Positions 39,130 to 51,052 are shown, counted from the first letter of the stretch. The stretch is DNA of 64,000 bases from Octopus sinensis (GCF_006345805.1 NC_042998.1:130572001-130636000); one strand, 5' to 3'. The notes: a model not told the origin generated them from the letters alone. A program made the numbers and translations.

Positions 39130-42100
39130 TGGGACGGAGACAAAGAATATAAGATAAGAAGTCTGAAGTGAAGAAAGAATACATAGTCCGTGTTTTTATA
39201 TAGCAAGAGAAAAGGATGACCATCCCAAAATATGACGAATTGTATTTAGATTCTGTTTTAAAATCATTCAGAGAAACCGTATTTTATGAATTTACCTATA
39301 CCCTGACCTGCTTGTAAACGTGGTACTGGCTTATGTTAAAAAGAAAAATGATAATTTAAGACTACTGCAATACACATAATTTGATGGACGCTAAATTTGA
39401 ATAAAACTGGTGCATTTATTTCCTGTTGTTAGCAATAAATAAATGTTGTTCCATAACCGAGCAACATTTTTGATGCTACAAACACATATTCTTGCAATAT
39501 CATCACTTTTAATGTAATATCGTATACGGTGCAGTAAACTTGAAATTTGTCTGTTAAAGTTAGCTACGGAATCAGTTATATGACTGAAAGAAAAAGCGTT
39601 ACAAGGTACACCGTGTGTCATGAACGCTGTATTAAAGTCAGCAATGTTAGCACGAATACCATAATATCTAAGTAGCAATCTGATTCAGTAAGCAACAGAG
39701 CAGTATCAGCAATACTATGATATAATGGCTACTGCAGTAGCTAGAGCAGCTGAAATATCTGCAGCAGTAGCAGGTAGGTGCAGTAGAAGCATATGTTTTT
39801 ATATAACTGTATTCAACTGATGCAGCGCACAGATTTTGCCGACCAATGGAACTACTATTAACATCGGTTTGCAACTGTAGCTTTAGCAATCGTACGATGT
39901 AGTAGTGGTACATAACATCCAATCTGACTCAACTAGACATTGGCATGTGGCTGCAGCCTAATTGATACAACTACCAGGGTAGTAATGCATTCATCGTCAG
40001 CAATTATAATGACCTAAACTTAGTGTAGTTGTATCTGAACCGATAGCATCTGCTACGATGACAGTAACGCTAATGACACGGCTCAGACCTATTAACTGTT
40101 TTTAATATTAGTCTTAATTTATTTTTTTAGTTCAAATCCCATCGGAGTTGATTTCTCTTATCAGTTCTTAGATATCGTTAAATATACCTTTTACTTGCAG
40201 CGGTGTTAATAATAAGTAGCAACGTATTATTATTTTCTTAGAAAATATGAAAAATAATCTTCGTTCCAAGTAATCATTATATGCACAAAGATATTAAAAT
40301 ATTGTAATTCATATGTTGCAACACTACCATTGCTTAATTATGCAGTTGCTAGGGTTACATTTTATTATTTCGACATGAAAACAACATTATGGCAGCAGAG
40401 TTAATATTAAAGGGGTTACATCACATTAAAAATGCATCAGAATACTTGATAGATCAAGAAGACCAAGGAAACGGACACAATTTTAAAATTCATTTCTTTT
40501 ATTTGTGATTGTATGCGGAAAGGTATTCTAGGGATTTTTGTGCCAAGATATTAGAGATATATACTTTATATTTATCGTAAATACAGTGTTGTAAATAGTA
40601 AAAGTAAGCAATATTACTGGTTACAAGAAGAAGAGGACAATGAAAGTGAAGGTTTTCATTGATATTCGTATAGTGGAATATCTTGAAGCCTGTAACCATC
40701 GCGACATATTCAAAATATTTCACACACACAATTAGACACACATGCCCCTGTATGTACTTTTTCATACAACAACAGCATGCATTATAAGATCTAAAATAAA
40801 TTTAATGAAGTTAAGCCTTACAAACTGTAGACTTAATATATAAAATTTATCTGTCTGACTGTCTTATCATCTATGTATACGCACACAAACATTCTCATAC
40901 GTGCTTTCAAGCATGCATACATACATACATGCATGTACACACACAGAGATAGACAAATGAATAAATAGTTAAATAGATATATAGATGGTTAAATATTACA
41001 TAAGTGCAGAAAAATCAGGGGTGTAAGTAAAAATTATGAGTGACTTTTTTTCTTTTAACTTTTTCTCGGTGATACAAATTTGCGCTGTAGTTATAAAAAT
41101 GAACCACTGCAGTTAAATCACACGGCTTTTAACTTCCATTTTTGTCACCTCAGAAATAGAGCTATTTGAAGATTTTCCTAATATATTATCGTATCATCAG
41201 TGATAGGTTACTCATTTCTTTTCATTGAGAGAATAGCAGTCTCTAGTTGCATTCACATAATGTCATACAGATCGAAAGGTTTTGTGTAATTTGCGTATAA
41301 ACGATTAATAAAATCACTACAGAGCAGTACTGTAAATAGGGATATCCGGTAAAATAACGAGTGCTTGTTTCGATTTAAATAAACGGAATTTTCGCGTTTT
41401 TGTACAAAACCACAATGTTTTCTTAGCACTGTCAAAAATATGTCTACCTGACTAGGTCAAACGATTATATTGATTACAGTCGCAAATTAAATAATCCAAT
41501 CTAATTGTGTTCTTGCTTGGTTTGCATAATACAAATGGGTATAACTGATATCCTCTCCGCTGGCAGAAATGGCAAAGTGACGCATGGTAAAGCGTTAACG
41601 AAAATAAGAAGCAATTCACGTCCTCACGCAGGAGAGAGCTAGCGAGAGAGAGAGAGAGAGACAGAGAGAGACAGGGAGAAGCAGACAGACAGCATTTATA
41701 ATATAGTTGAATCGCGTTGACTACTTTTTACAACGATGTTTGCAATAAACGTGCATATTTGCGTAAATTTTCCTCACATGACTACTCATCATAAAGCGAT
41801 GCACTGCATGTATTTATTAAATAATATATATTATGTGTCTATGCACGTTTATGAAATCTATGCAGGCCGATTTAGTAAGTTCTTAATTTTTATAATATAT
41901 TACGAACTACATGGTTCATGAAGAAAAGAATTTCAGTTTCCTGATGAGTAGTTTAGGGAACAGTGAAACTACATCAGTCAATCTTTTTTATGGAGGCATA
42001 AGTGAAAGACCGTCCTTGAAATATAGTACTCAGTATTTATTTGAAGAATATATACTTTTAAATTTTGCGTTTGCAGCTTTACTCACCCTACTGCTGTGTG

Positions 42101-42544
42101 GGGTATTTGTTAAATCATTGTCGTAAATTGTACTAACGTTCATCAGTATATGTAGCCCAAAATATATATTGAACCCGCTGATGACAACTATGAATAACTG
42201 ATCACTGATGAGACATCAACAATCTTCGAGACATGCAAAATTGATATAATAGTCTTGATGTAGAAATAACACCGCGATTTTACCATATCTGTTTTCAGAG
42301 AGGTGGAAATTTATTATCATGCAAAAATGAAGTAATAAGCTTCAAATTGTTAGTTTATTTAATATACTTCTACTTATCCCATCATACGATTGAGCTTCTA
42401 TAGAATTTTTAATACATGCTACCGATGCTTGTGCAATCTTCCTCTGAGTTAACATTTGTGAACCCACCACTTCGAATAAGGTTGCATATTGTAAACGTAT
42501 CTTCGAAATATATTTTTGATTCCTTTTAGTATATTCATTATACA

Positions 42545-43380
42545 TTTCACTTCAAAGAGATCTCATTTTCTCTTGCTATTTCTGTGAGAGAGGACAACAA
42601 CGTGTCTGACACAGTCTTCTTGCACTACACATGACATCCAAGTGCCAGTCTTAAAATCCTCGCTATCCCCAATAAAGCTGATTTTTTATCATGTTATCTT
42701 TATGTCCTCCCCGATTTCTCCAACAAACTTCTCGAACCTGATTCTTACTGTTCCTGATTTCCATAGAAACTACTTGCATGACAGCTACTTTCTTCGTTGC
42801 CCTGAATCTTTTCCAATTCATTATCATCCACTCGTACATTCTCAGGTATGGCAATATCTATGCTTTTGGCTTCCTCCATGATTTAACAACAACAACAGCA
42901 ATGCCTGTGTACAAGCAAAAATCACTGAATCACACTGGATTGTAAACTTCCATAAGATGTCATAATCTCGATGATACCTTCTAGTGTATACTCGTGCCAT
43001 TTACATGTCCTTGCAAGACCGTGTTATACATTTAATCTCCAATGAACATACATAACTATGTTATCATGCTTCCTTTTGTAACCCTTTTGCGCTAATTTGC
43101 TCAACTCACTCATGGTATGTGGGACTGATTCATTTTCCATGCTACAAGTCTTACAAAGAGGCAATTCAATACTCTATTTATCTTAGCTTGTTCTTGAGCA
43201 CTGCATTTCAAAGCCTCGGTGCATCCATTCAGACCACATTCCTTCCGCCACCTCCAAGTTTTATCTTGTCTTTCTCTTCATTCCTCTGAGGCATTGCCAA
43301 TTGTTGGCGTTCACTTTTCTGTTGTCAATCTTTGTTCTCCATCTTGCTTCTTGTTGTTAAGGCAGTGGGATTGCAGAAAC
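42545..43380 (-). mobile_element. R4/Dong-clade LINE 3' fragment (copy F), heavily decayed
   Basis: TEALKCSAQEQA, LCKTCSMENESVPHTMSELSKLAQKGYKRKHDN, VHWRL, KWHEY, ILWKFTIQCD, IDIAIPENVRVDDNELEKI, KSALLGIARILRLAL. Confidence 0.85.
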
Positions 43381-43499
43381 ATTTATGCGTCAAAAAAAAT
43401 CTAAGTCGTTAGGATAAAGTATCAGTCAAGGTTCAGGGACCCTGTATTAGATTTATCTCACTTGGAAACTGCTATCCATTTGAAAATATAGAAGCAATC

Positions 43500-43632
43500 G
43501 TTATCATTATTATCATCATCATCGTCATCGTCGTCGTCATCATCATCATCAACGTCATTATCATGATCATGCTCATGATCATGATCATCATCATCATCAT
43601 TATCATCATCGTTATTATCGTTATTATTATAA
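43500..43632. repeat. (TCA)/(TCG)/(TTA) degenerate triplet array
   Basis: Direct reading; reads ATA/ATG repeats on the element sense strand. Confidence 0.9.
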
Positions 43633-43889
43633 TTGCCTTTCCACAGCTTCTAACGCTAGAGATGTACTAGAGTGTCAGCTGTTCACTACCAGTGAACTAA
43701 GGTAACACCACTTATTTTTCGAGCACCTTCCCGAGTATTTGAGCGGTTCCAAGCAGGGCTGTTTTCTGCAAATGATCCACCCTTATTGCAGCCCCTATTT
43801 CTTACACATGCTTCTCGAACTTGCAGCCACTATTTGTTCCATGTATTTCTCGAGATTGCAGCACCTATTTGTTCCACGTACTTTTCAAG

Positions 43890-43890
<1 letters not shown>
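43633..43890 (-). mobile_element. R4/Dong-clade LINE extreme 3' fragment (copy C) with three 35-bp repeats at its 5' junction
   Basis: LEKYVEQIGAA...IRVDHLQKTALLGTAQILGKVLEK*; 3' UTR related to copy G; repeat units at 43786-43820, 43821-43855 and 43856-43890. Confidence 0.88.

Positions 43891-43934
<44 letters not shown>
43891..43934 (-). repeat. (TAA)n spacer
   Basis: Perfect TTA run on the plus strand. Confidence 0.97.
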
Positions 43935-44842
43935 GAGTGAGCGAGCAGTGAATGCCATCAAAGTAACACTGGGGTAAAATATACGAAGCCCAGTATAACT
44001 ATCATGACTATCCATGTGATGAGGGTACACTAGGTACATGCATCACAACAATATGTGCGCGACATGATGATCTCATATCAAGATAAACAGCACATGACCT
44101 TGCAAGTGAGGCCCATTTAGAATTTTCTTCTTGTCGTGTAACCCATCCCGCTCAAAAGGTCTCTGAATAAGGGCTGTTTAAGAATGTTGAAAGAAAAATC
44201 CATGTTTCCAGAGGTGAATCCCTCTTAACACATGGCTATGATTCTCCCCCACTACTTCTGTTCGTGATCAGAGGTGCACATATCGTCAGCCACTAAGGGA
44301 CATGCTCAACTGGTTAAGGTCAAACATCTGACAAGCAAATCTGTGGTATTGAGCAGAATATTTGCTGTAGCCCATCTTTTATACCAAGAATGATTGACGA
44401 ACGACTTCCCAAACAGATCTTCTACTCCCAACTCAAAGACGGCAAGCGTACAAAAGGAGGACAGAAGAAACGCTACAAGGACTCCCTGAAATCGAACCTC
44501 AAAAAGTGTGACATTGACTTCACCAACTGAGAGGAAACGGCAAAAAACAGACCACTCTGGATAACAACCATCCATGAGGGAACGGCGAATTTCGAGTCGA
44601 AAAGGTCTGCAGAGCTGGAGGAGAAAAGACGACGACGGAAGGAGCGCCAACAATAACCACGTGCGACTCTCCCTTCCGGCACTAGATGTCCGCACTGTGA
44701 CCGATCTTTTCGAGCAAGAATTGGTCTTATCAGTCACCTGCGGACTCACCAATCAATTTGCGCGAAGACCATCATCCTCGACCTTGAGGAATTGCCATAG
44801 ATACCAAGACAAAACAATGTACATGATAACACTTGCAATCAG
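43935..44842 (-). mobile_element. Second copy of the ~510 bp TAA-flanked non-coding element, interrupted by an RTE
   Basis: Reverse complement matches 36360-36845; the sequence resumes at 44810-44842 after the RTE; (TTA)n on both sides. Confidence 0.85.
44390..44800 (+). mobile_element. RTE-clade LINE 3' fragment with 9-bp TSD
   Basis: [43 protein letters not shown]...W...CPHCDRSFRARIGLISHLRTH (RTE C-terminus with zinc finger); two in-frame stops; ATACCAAGA at 44381-44389 and 44801-44809. Confidence 0.93.
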
Positions 44843-44863
44843 TTATTATTATTATTATTATCA

Positions 44864-44931
<68 letters not shown>

Positions 44932-44940
44932 ATTATTATT
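44843..44940 (-). repeat. (TAA)n spacer
   Basis: TTA run on the plus strand. Confidence 0.97.
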
Positions 44941-47071
44941 GTCATTTACTTTTAATCTGCATGTTTGATGCAATCACTTGCCGGGGCACACCCAGCGCCC
45001 TAGGGCAAGTGAAGGTTAAGAGTTGTTGAAATATAGCTGAAAGTTTGGGGAGGGGAAGTAGAGAAATATCTCCATGTAATACAAACACAAACATTTACAT
45101 TGATAGGGTTTTTCTAAGGATGTGGGCAGTACTTGTTAGCACAATCTTTTGGATTTCCTTGAGACATAGTTCTCCAGGGATATTGTCTAGGTGTTTCTGA
45201 CATCCCTTTTTTATCATACCTAGGCCACCTACAATAACAGGAACAGTTTTTGTTTTAAGATTCCACATATTTTGTATTTCGATTTCCAGGTCCTTATATT
45301 TACTAAGTTTGTCAAATTCCTTTACAGATACATTTTTATCAGTGGGGACGCTTACCTCTATTAGTCTGCAGGTATTTTCTTCCCTGTCTTTAACAATTAT
45401 GTCTGGTCGATTAGCCTTGATCGTTCTGTCAGTGTTGACTGGAAAATCCCAGAGGATGGTGACATCTTTACCTTCAACAACTGGCTGAGGATGGTGTTCA
45501 TACCAGTTAGCAGGAGTGTCGAATTTGTAGTATTTACATATCTTCCAATGTATATACTGTCCTACCCTATCGTGGCGATTTTTGTATTCGTTTGGTGTCA
45601 GCACAGGACATCCCGAAACGAGATGGTCTATCGTTTCGTCAAATGTGTCGCAGAATCTGCATTTAGGGTCAGTACCGTTTCGGAGAACATTAGCCTGGTA
45701 ATTTCTGGTAAACAAGCTTTGGTCTTGTGCTGCCATTATGAAGCCTTCAGTCTCTGCTTTCAATCCAGAGTTCTTCAGCCACTGATGGGTTGTTGCTTGG
45801 TCTACATCAGCATTTTGGCTTCGGAGAATATATTGTCCATGCAGGGGCTTCTGGCTCCACCGCCTCTCAATTTGATTCTGCCCGTTCTTTTTTGCAGTCT
45901 GCTTGATTCGCTTTGCTTGCTTGGTAGCAGTTGTTTCCGGCTCTTCATCTGATTCAAGGTTAATGTCTAGTTCTCTTTCGAACTTATAGGCTTCCTTGAC
46001 AATAGAATGCAGCTTTTTGCTGCTTTCGTGTTCGCACACAAGTCGCAGCATCCAGTCCTTTGTACTAGATAGGTACCTGTTCATTCCTACAGTAGAGGTC
46101 TTATAGCACAGCTCTAATTGCATCATTCCTCTCCCCCCGCTGCTTCTAGGTAGGTACAGGCGGTCTACATCTGCCTTAGGGTGGTGCATGCTCTTGGATG
46201 TCAGTAATTTTCTTGTCTTCCTGTCCAAGCGTTGGAGTTCCGTAAGGTTCCAGTTAATGATGTTAAAACTGTACTGGACTACTGGAAGCGCCAGGGTGTT
46301 AATCGCCTCAATGCAATTTTTGGAGTTGAGTTCAGTCTTCAGTACAAGCCTTATTCTCCTATAATATTCCTTTCTTATTTTTTCTTTCATAGTAGCATGA
46401 TATATTCCATCTTCGCTGATTCCTAGGTGGGTCAAGTTCCTTCATGGTAGTGTCAATATCTAATTTAACAGAAGCTGTTTGCCTGAGCTTGCCTCTTACA
46501 AAAGTTGCTTTAGCACACTTATCAAGGCCAAAATCCATTCCGATATCATTGCTAAACTCTTTAACAATTGTTAGCAGCCCTTCTAGTTCTTGGTCATTCC
46601 TGGCAAACAGCTTTAGGTTGTCCATATAGAAAAGGTGGTTTATTAACTTACTAAAAACTTTGTACCCATATCTGGTACTATCCAATTCGTTTGAGAGTGG
46701 GATCAATGCCATGCAAAAAAGTAATGGAGAGAGGGAGTCACCTTGAAAGATGCCTCGTTTGATGTTGATGCTGTTGGACTGGCTCATCCCATTACTATGG
46801 CTTAGAAAGGGACGTGTGTTCCACACGGTCATGCTATTCTCTAAGAATATTGAGACGACAGGAGAGATCTTGTATATCTCAAGGGCCTTGAGTAGCCATT
46901 TATGTGGGACACTGTCATACGCTTTCCTGTAGTCTATCCATGCCATACTCAGGTTTTTGTTTTTGCTCCGGCAATTCTGTTTATGAGCAATTGATCTTTG
47001 CACCCATAAGAGTTTCTTTTACAACCCTTTTGAGCTTGTGGAAGGATAGAGTTTTGTTCAAGGAAAGCGTA

Positions 47072-47072
<1 letters not shown>
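44941..47072 (-). mobile_element. R4/Dong-clade LINE, 5'-truncated within RT (copy A)
   Basis: ORF 46359-47003: MAWIDYRKAYDSVPH, GIFQGDSLSPLLF, YMDN (YxDD altered). ORF 45095-46435: CRFCDTFDETIDHLVSGC zinc knuckle, RHD, ANRPDIIV..LIEVSVP..K..KY (PD-(D/E)xK endonuclease). Frameshifts present. Confidence 0.96.

Positions 47073-47105
<33 letters not shown>
47073..47105 (-). repeat. (TAA)n spacer between copies A and B
   Basis: Perfect ATT run on the plus strand. Confidence 0.97.
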
Positions 47106-47108
<3 letters not shown>

Positions 47109-50100
47109 TAGTTTTATTTTTATAGCGTGCTTTCACTTCACTACCGAGCGCAGCTCTGTGTGCCTTGGGTATGTGCTGTGATTTGTTGTGATGCTCTGAT
47201 GGTTATTTTATGGAAAGTGTTCTGCGTAGGATGTGTGCAGTGCCCAGTAGTGCAATTTTCTGTATGTTATATGTGTTTGTAAGTCCTGGTGTTTTTGTTA
47301 TGTATTTGTCTGAATATTTTTTTATCATGCCTAATGCACCTACTATGATAGGAATTGTTTCTGTTTTCAGGTTCCACATTCTAGTTACCTCTATTTCCAG
47401 GTCTTTGTATTTTGAGAGTTTCTCCATTTCTTTTAGAGACACGTTGTCATCTGCCGGTACTGATACATCAATTAGAAAGCATTTGTTTTCTTCATGGTCT
47501 CTGACAACTATATCTGGTCTGTTGGCCTTAAGTTCTCTATCTGTGTGTATCGGCATATCCCAGAGTATGGTTGCTTTCTCGTTTTCTGTGACCTTTTCTG
47601 GTGTGTGCCTATACCATCTTTTTTCTGTTGTTATTCCATAATGTTGGCATAGCTTCCAATGTATGTAAGTTCCAACTCTGTCATGTCTGTGAATATATTC
47701 CTTCTTAGCCAGGACTGGGCAGCTAGAGATAATATGATTTATTGTTTCTTGTCCATCTCCACATATTCTGCAGTTACTTGTAATATTTCTTTTCATTACA
47801 TGTTTTTGGTAATTTCTGGTGGGGAGGCTTTGGTCTTGTGCTGCAATTAAAAATCTCTCTGTTTCTGCTTTGAGTCCTGAGCTTCTCAACCATTGCTGGG
47901 ATTTTTCTTTGTCTATTTCTTTTGCGTTTAGTTTAGTCCAGTATTTACCATGAAGGGGCTTTTCTTGCCATCGTTTTATCATGGTTCGTTGCTGTTCTAT
48001 TTTTAGTTTGGATTTCATTTTTTTTATAGCTTTTGTTGTTTCTTCATCTTCTTCTTCTTCTTCTTCTTCTTCTTCATGTTTATTAGGTGGTATGATTTCT
48101 TGTTTGTATTTGTCAGCTTCCTTAAATACTGAGAACAGTTTTTTGTTTTGCTCGTGTTTTGCCGCTATCTGGATCAGTTTTCCTTCCTTCTGAAGTAGAT
48201 ATTTTTGCAGTCCTATGGTGGTTATTTTATAGTGGTTTTCCAGCTGTATAAGGCCTCTACCACCTTCTATACGTTGTATATATAGTCTTTCTATGTCAGA
48301 TTTTGGGTGATGCATCCTAGATCCTGTCAGTATTTTTCATGTTTTCCTGTCTATTTTGGACAGTTCATTTCGTGTCCAGTTAAGGATATTGTAGCTGTAA
48401 CTTATAACTGGGACAGCTAAAGTGTTGATACCTATTATCTTGTTTTTAGCATTGAGCTCTGTGTTTAGTATTGATCTAACTCGTCTATAATATTCTTTTT
48501 TTATTTTCTCTTTCATTTGTGTGTGTTGTGTCTTATCTAGTTCATAGATTCCTAAGTATTTGTAAGTTTGGCTTTGGTCTAATTCTTTTATTTCATTTGC
48601 TTCATCTAGTGTGATGTTGTTACTCTTAACTAGTTTTCCTCTTTTCATGGTTACTTTGGCGCATTTTTCTAATCCAAATTTCATATCTATTTCTTTGGTA
48701 AATCCATGAACTGTCTTTAATAGTGTTTCCAGCTGTTTGTCATTTGCAGCGTATAGTTTTAGGTCATCCATATATAAAATGTGGCTGATCGTTTTGCCGT
48801 AACATTTATATCCGCATCCAGTTCTATTTAGCATATCAGATAGAGGTGACAGTGCCAAGCAGAAAAGGAGTGGAGAGAGCGTATCTCCCTGGATATTCCT
48901 CTTCTAATGGGGATGTCTTTGGTTTCCATGAGTCCCTCTTTTGTTTGGAGGTGTAGGACTATTTGCCATTTATTCATAGAGTGCTCTATGAATTTTATGA
49001 TTGTTGGTGCTACTACTTTGTTAATGGCTAGTGTTTCGAGGATCCATGTGTGGGGGATGCTATCAACGCCTTTTTGTAGTCACTCCAGGCCATACTGAGG
49101 CCTTTCTTCTTCTTTCTGGCTGTCTTCAGTTATGGCTTTATATCAATTATGTTGATCTTTACAGCCATATGAGCCTTTGCGGCATCCTTTCTGCTCTTCT
49201 GGGAACAGTTTGTATTCGTCCAGGTGCTTGTTCAGCCTTTGTGATATCACTGCAGTAAATGCCTTGAACATAGTAGGGAGGCAGGTTATTGGTCTGTAGT
49301 TTTCTGGTTTTTCTGTTTCATTTGATTTGGGAATTAAGATGGTTTTCCCCTTCGTGAGCCATTCAGGCATTGTCTATGGCTCTGCTAGTACGTTGTTAAT
49401 GTTTTCAGCCAGCTTTTTGTGCATTCCTGTTAGATATTTCAACCAGAAGTTGGGGATCTTGTCATGCCCAGGTGCCTTCCAGTTGCTTAGTCTTTGCAGT
49501 GCCTGGGTGACCTCTTCAGTTGTTATGGGGGTCCAAGTTTGTTCAGATGCCGAGTTTGTTATTTTGATACTCCTTTTTTTTGGTGGTTCGTTCGCCGACC
49601 ATATTTCTCCCCAGAATTCTTCCAATTCTTCTGCCGTTGGTGCTGCAGTGACTTCTATTTTATTTTTGCCCAGTTCTTGGTAGAACTTTTTGGGGTCGGA
49701 GTTGAACTTTTTGTTCTGTTCAAAGAAGCGTTGGCGTTTCTCGTACCGGCGGATCCTTTGAGCTTTGGCAAGGATATCTTACTTCAGCTTTTCTTTTATC
49801 TCCGGCAAATCTTTTTCTGTGGTGTTATATTTGCGGAGCATTTTTGTTCTCTTTTTGTTGCTCAGTAGCGTTGCTTGTTTGCTGATTTCATTAAGAATCG
49901 ACAGGTCTTTTCTATTTTTTTTTATTTTGTTTTGGATGTTTTTATCCCACAGGGTTTGTTTGGTGGGTGGTGGTACTCCTGTTTGGGCGGTTTGGGTGAG
50001 TATCCAGCTTCTTTTGTGGCTGCAGTGGCTGCTGCGTATATCAAGTCATTTAGTTCAGTGATATCACTTTTTTTTGTTTCAGTGGCTAGTTCAGTGACGG

Positions 50101-51052
50101 CTAGGTTATGGTTGTTTATAATTGGTGTCGTTATTGCGTGCGTTATTTTTATTCTTGGGAGGTATGGTCGGTGGTCCATTTGAGCTCTGTGGTTTTTAGT
50201 TCTTTGATTATTTTATTTTTTATATTATCATAATCATTAGGCTCCCCTTCGTTGTTTACATCGTGTTTGTTGGGAATGTTGCGTTTGTCTTCGTGTTTTA
50301 CAGTTTCAGTGTTTATATTATTGGGCATTGTTGTGTGGCTTCTATCTACATTTTCCTGGTGTATGTTTTCTTTTAGGTGTTCTATTTCTATTTCTGATAT
50401 TTTTTTTGTGTTGAGAATGTATCTTCGTACGTTAGCTAATTTATTAGGGTTCATTGCTGTATATCCAAGTCTAAATCTCTATTATTTTCCTTCCATATTT
50501 TATATGTATGTGGTTGTTGTATTTTCATTTTTTGGGTAGAGTACTGCTGTGAAGTATGCGTGTAAGATAGAAATGTATCCTCACGTGTCCATTTACGTCT
50601 TTTGGGTTTTATTTGCGGGACATGAGGTACAACGTCCGGCCCATTATTTTGACGGTCGTCATTTTCGTAGGGTACCGGTCCGTTTATTTCTGTTGTCACA
50701 TTATTTCGCACGTGTAGTTTTTTCGTACATTTTTTGTTGTAGGTTTAATGTACGTACCGCTCGATTGTTATTCTTGGGTTGAATAGTATCGGTGGCATTT
50801 AATTTCTTCGTAGTTCCTTTGTACATGGTGTTTGGGGTCGGAGATGATCGTGATGTTTCACGCATGTTTACATGGTGGAGATGATATCGAGTCAAAATAC
50901 ATCATTTCGTTTCGAAAATAGTAATAAATTTCAATTTGTATTACTTACTCGGATACAGTCCAATTCTTTGTTAGTAAAACTTTGGCTCCATAGGATGTCC
51001 TTGTTTTCGATGTTTGTGGATAGGTTTCGGAGCTCTGAATTTTCCTTCTTAA
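47106..51052 (-). mobile_element. R4/Dong-clade LINE, near full length (~3.9 kb), inactivated (copy B)
   Basis: Fragmented single ORF: N-terminal RRKWTRED...KLANVRRYI, NWKAPGHDKIPNFWLK, NYRPITCLPT, EQKGCRKGSYGCKD, LYMDDLKLY, CRICGDGQETINHIISSC, ANRPDIVV..LIDVSVP..EKLSKY, ALLGTAHILRRTLSIK*. In-frame stops (e.g. 48337-48339, 49374-49376) and 1-bp indels. Confidence 0.97.

Noticed and set aside
39690-40080. Ala-rich frame MATAVARAAEISAAVAG
   Set aside because: It is a decayed GCA/GTA triplet repeat.
43935-43990. Possible R4-type 3' hairpin in the ~510-bp element (ACC-CCA-GTG...CAC-T-GCT)
   Set aside because: It resembles the C/G loop motif, but the outer stem does not pair, so it was not counted as support.
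45491-50782. Plus-strand ORFs (e.g. 45491-45952, 47210-47641, 49494-49868)
   Set aside because: They are antisense shadows of the R4/Dong ORFs.
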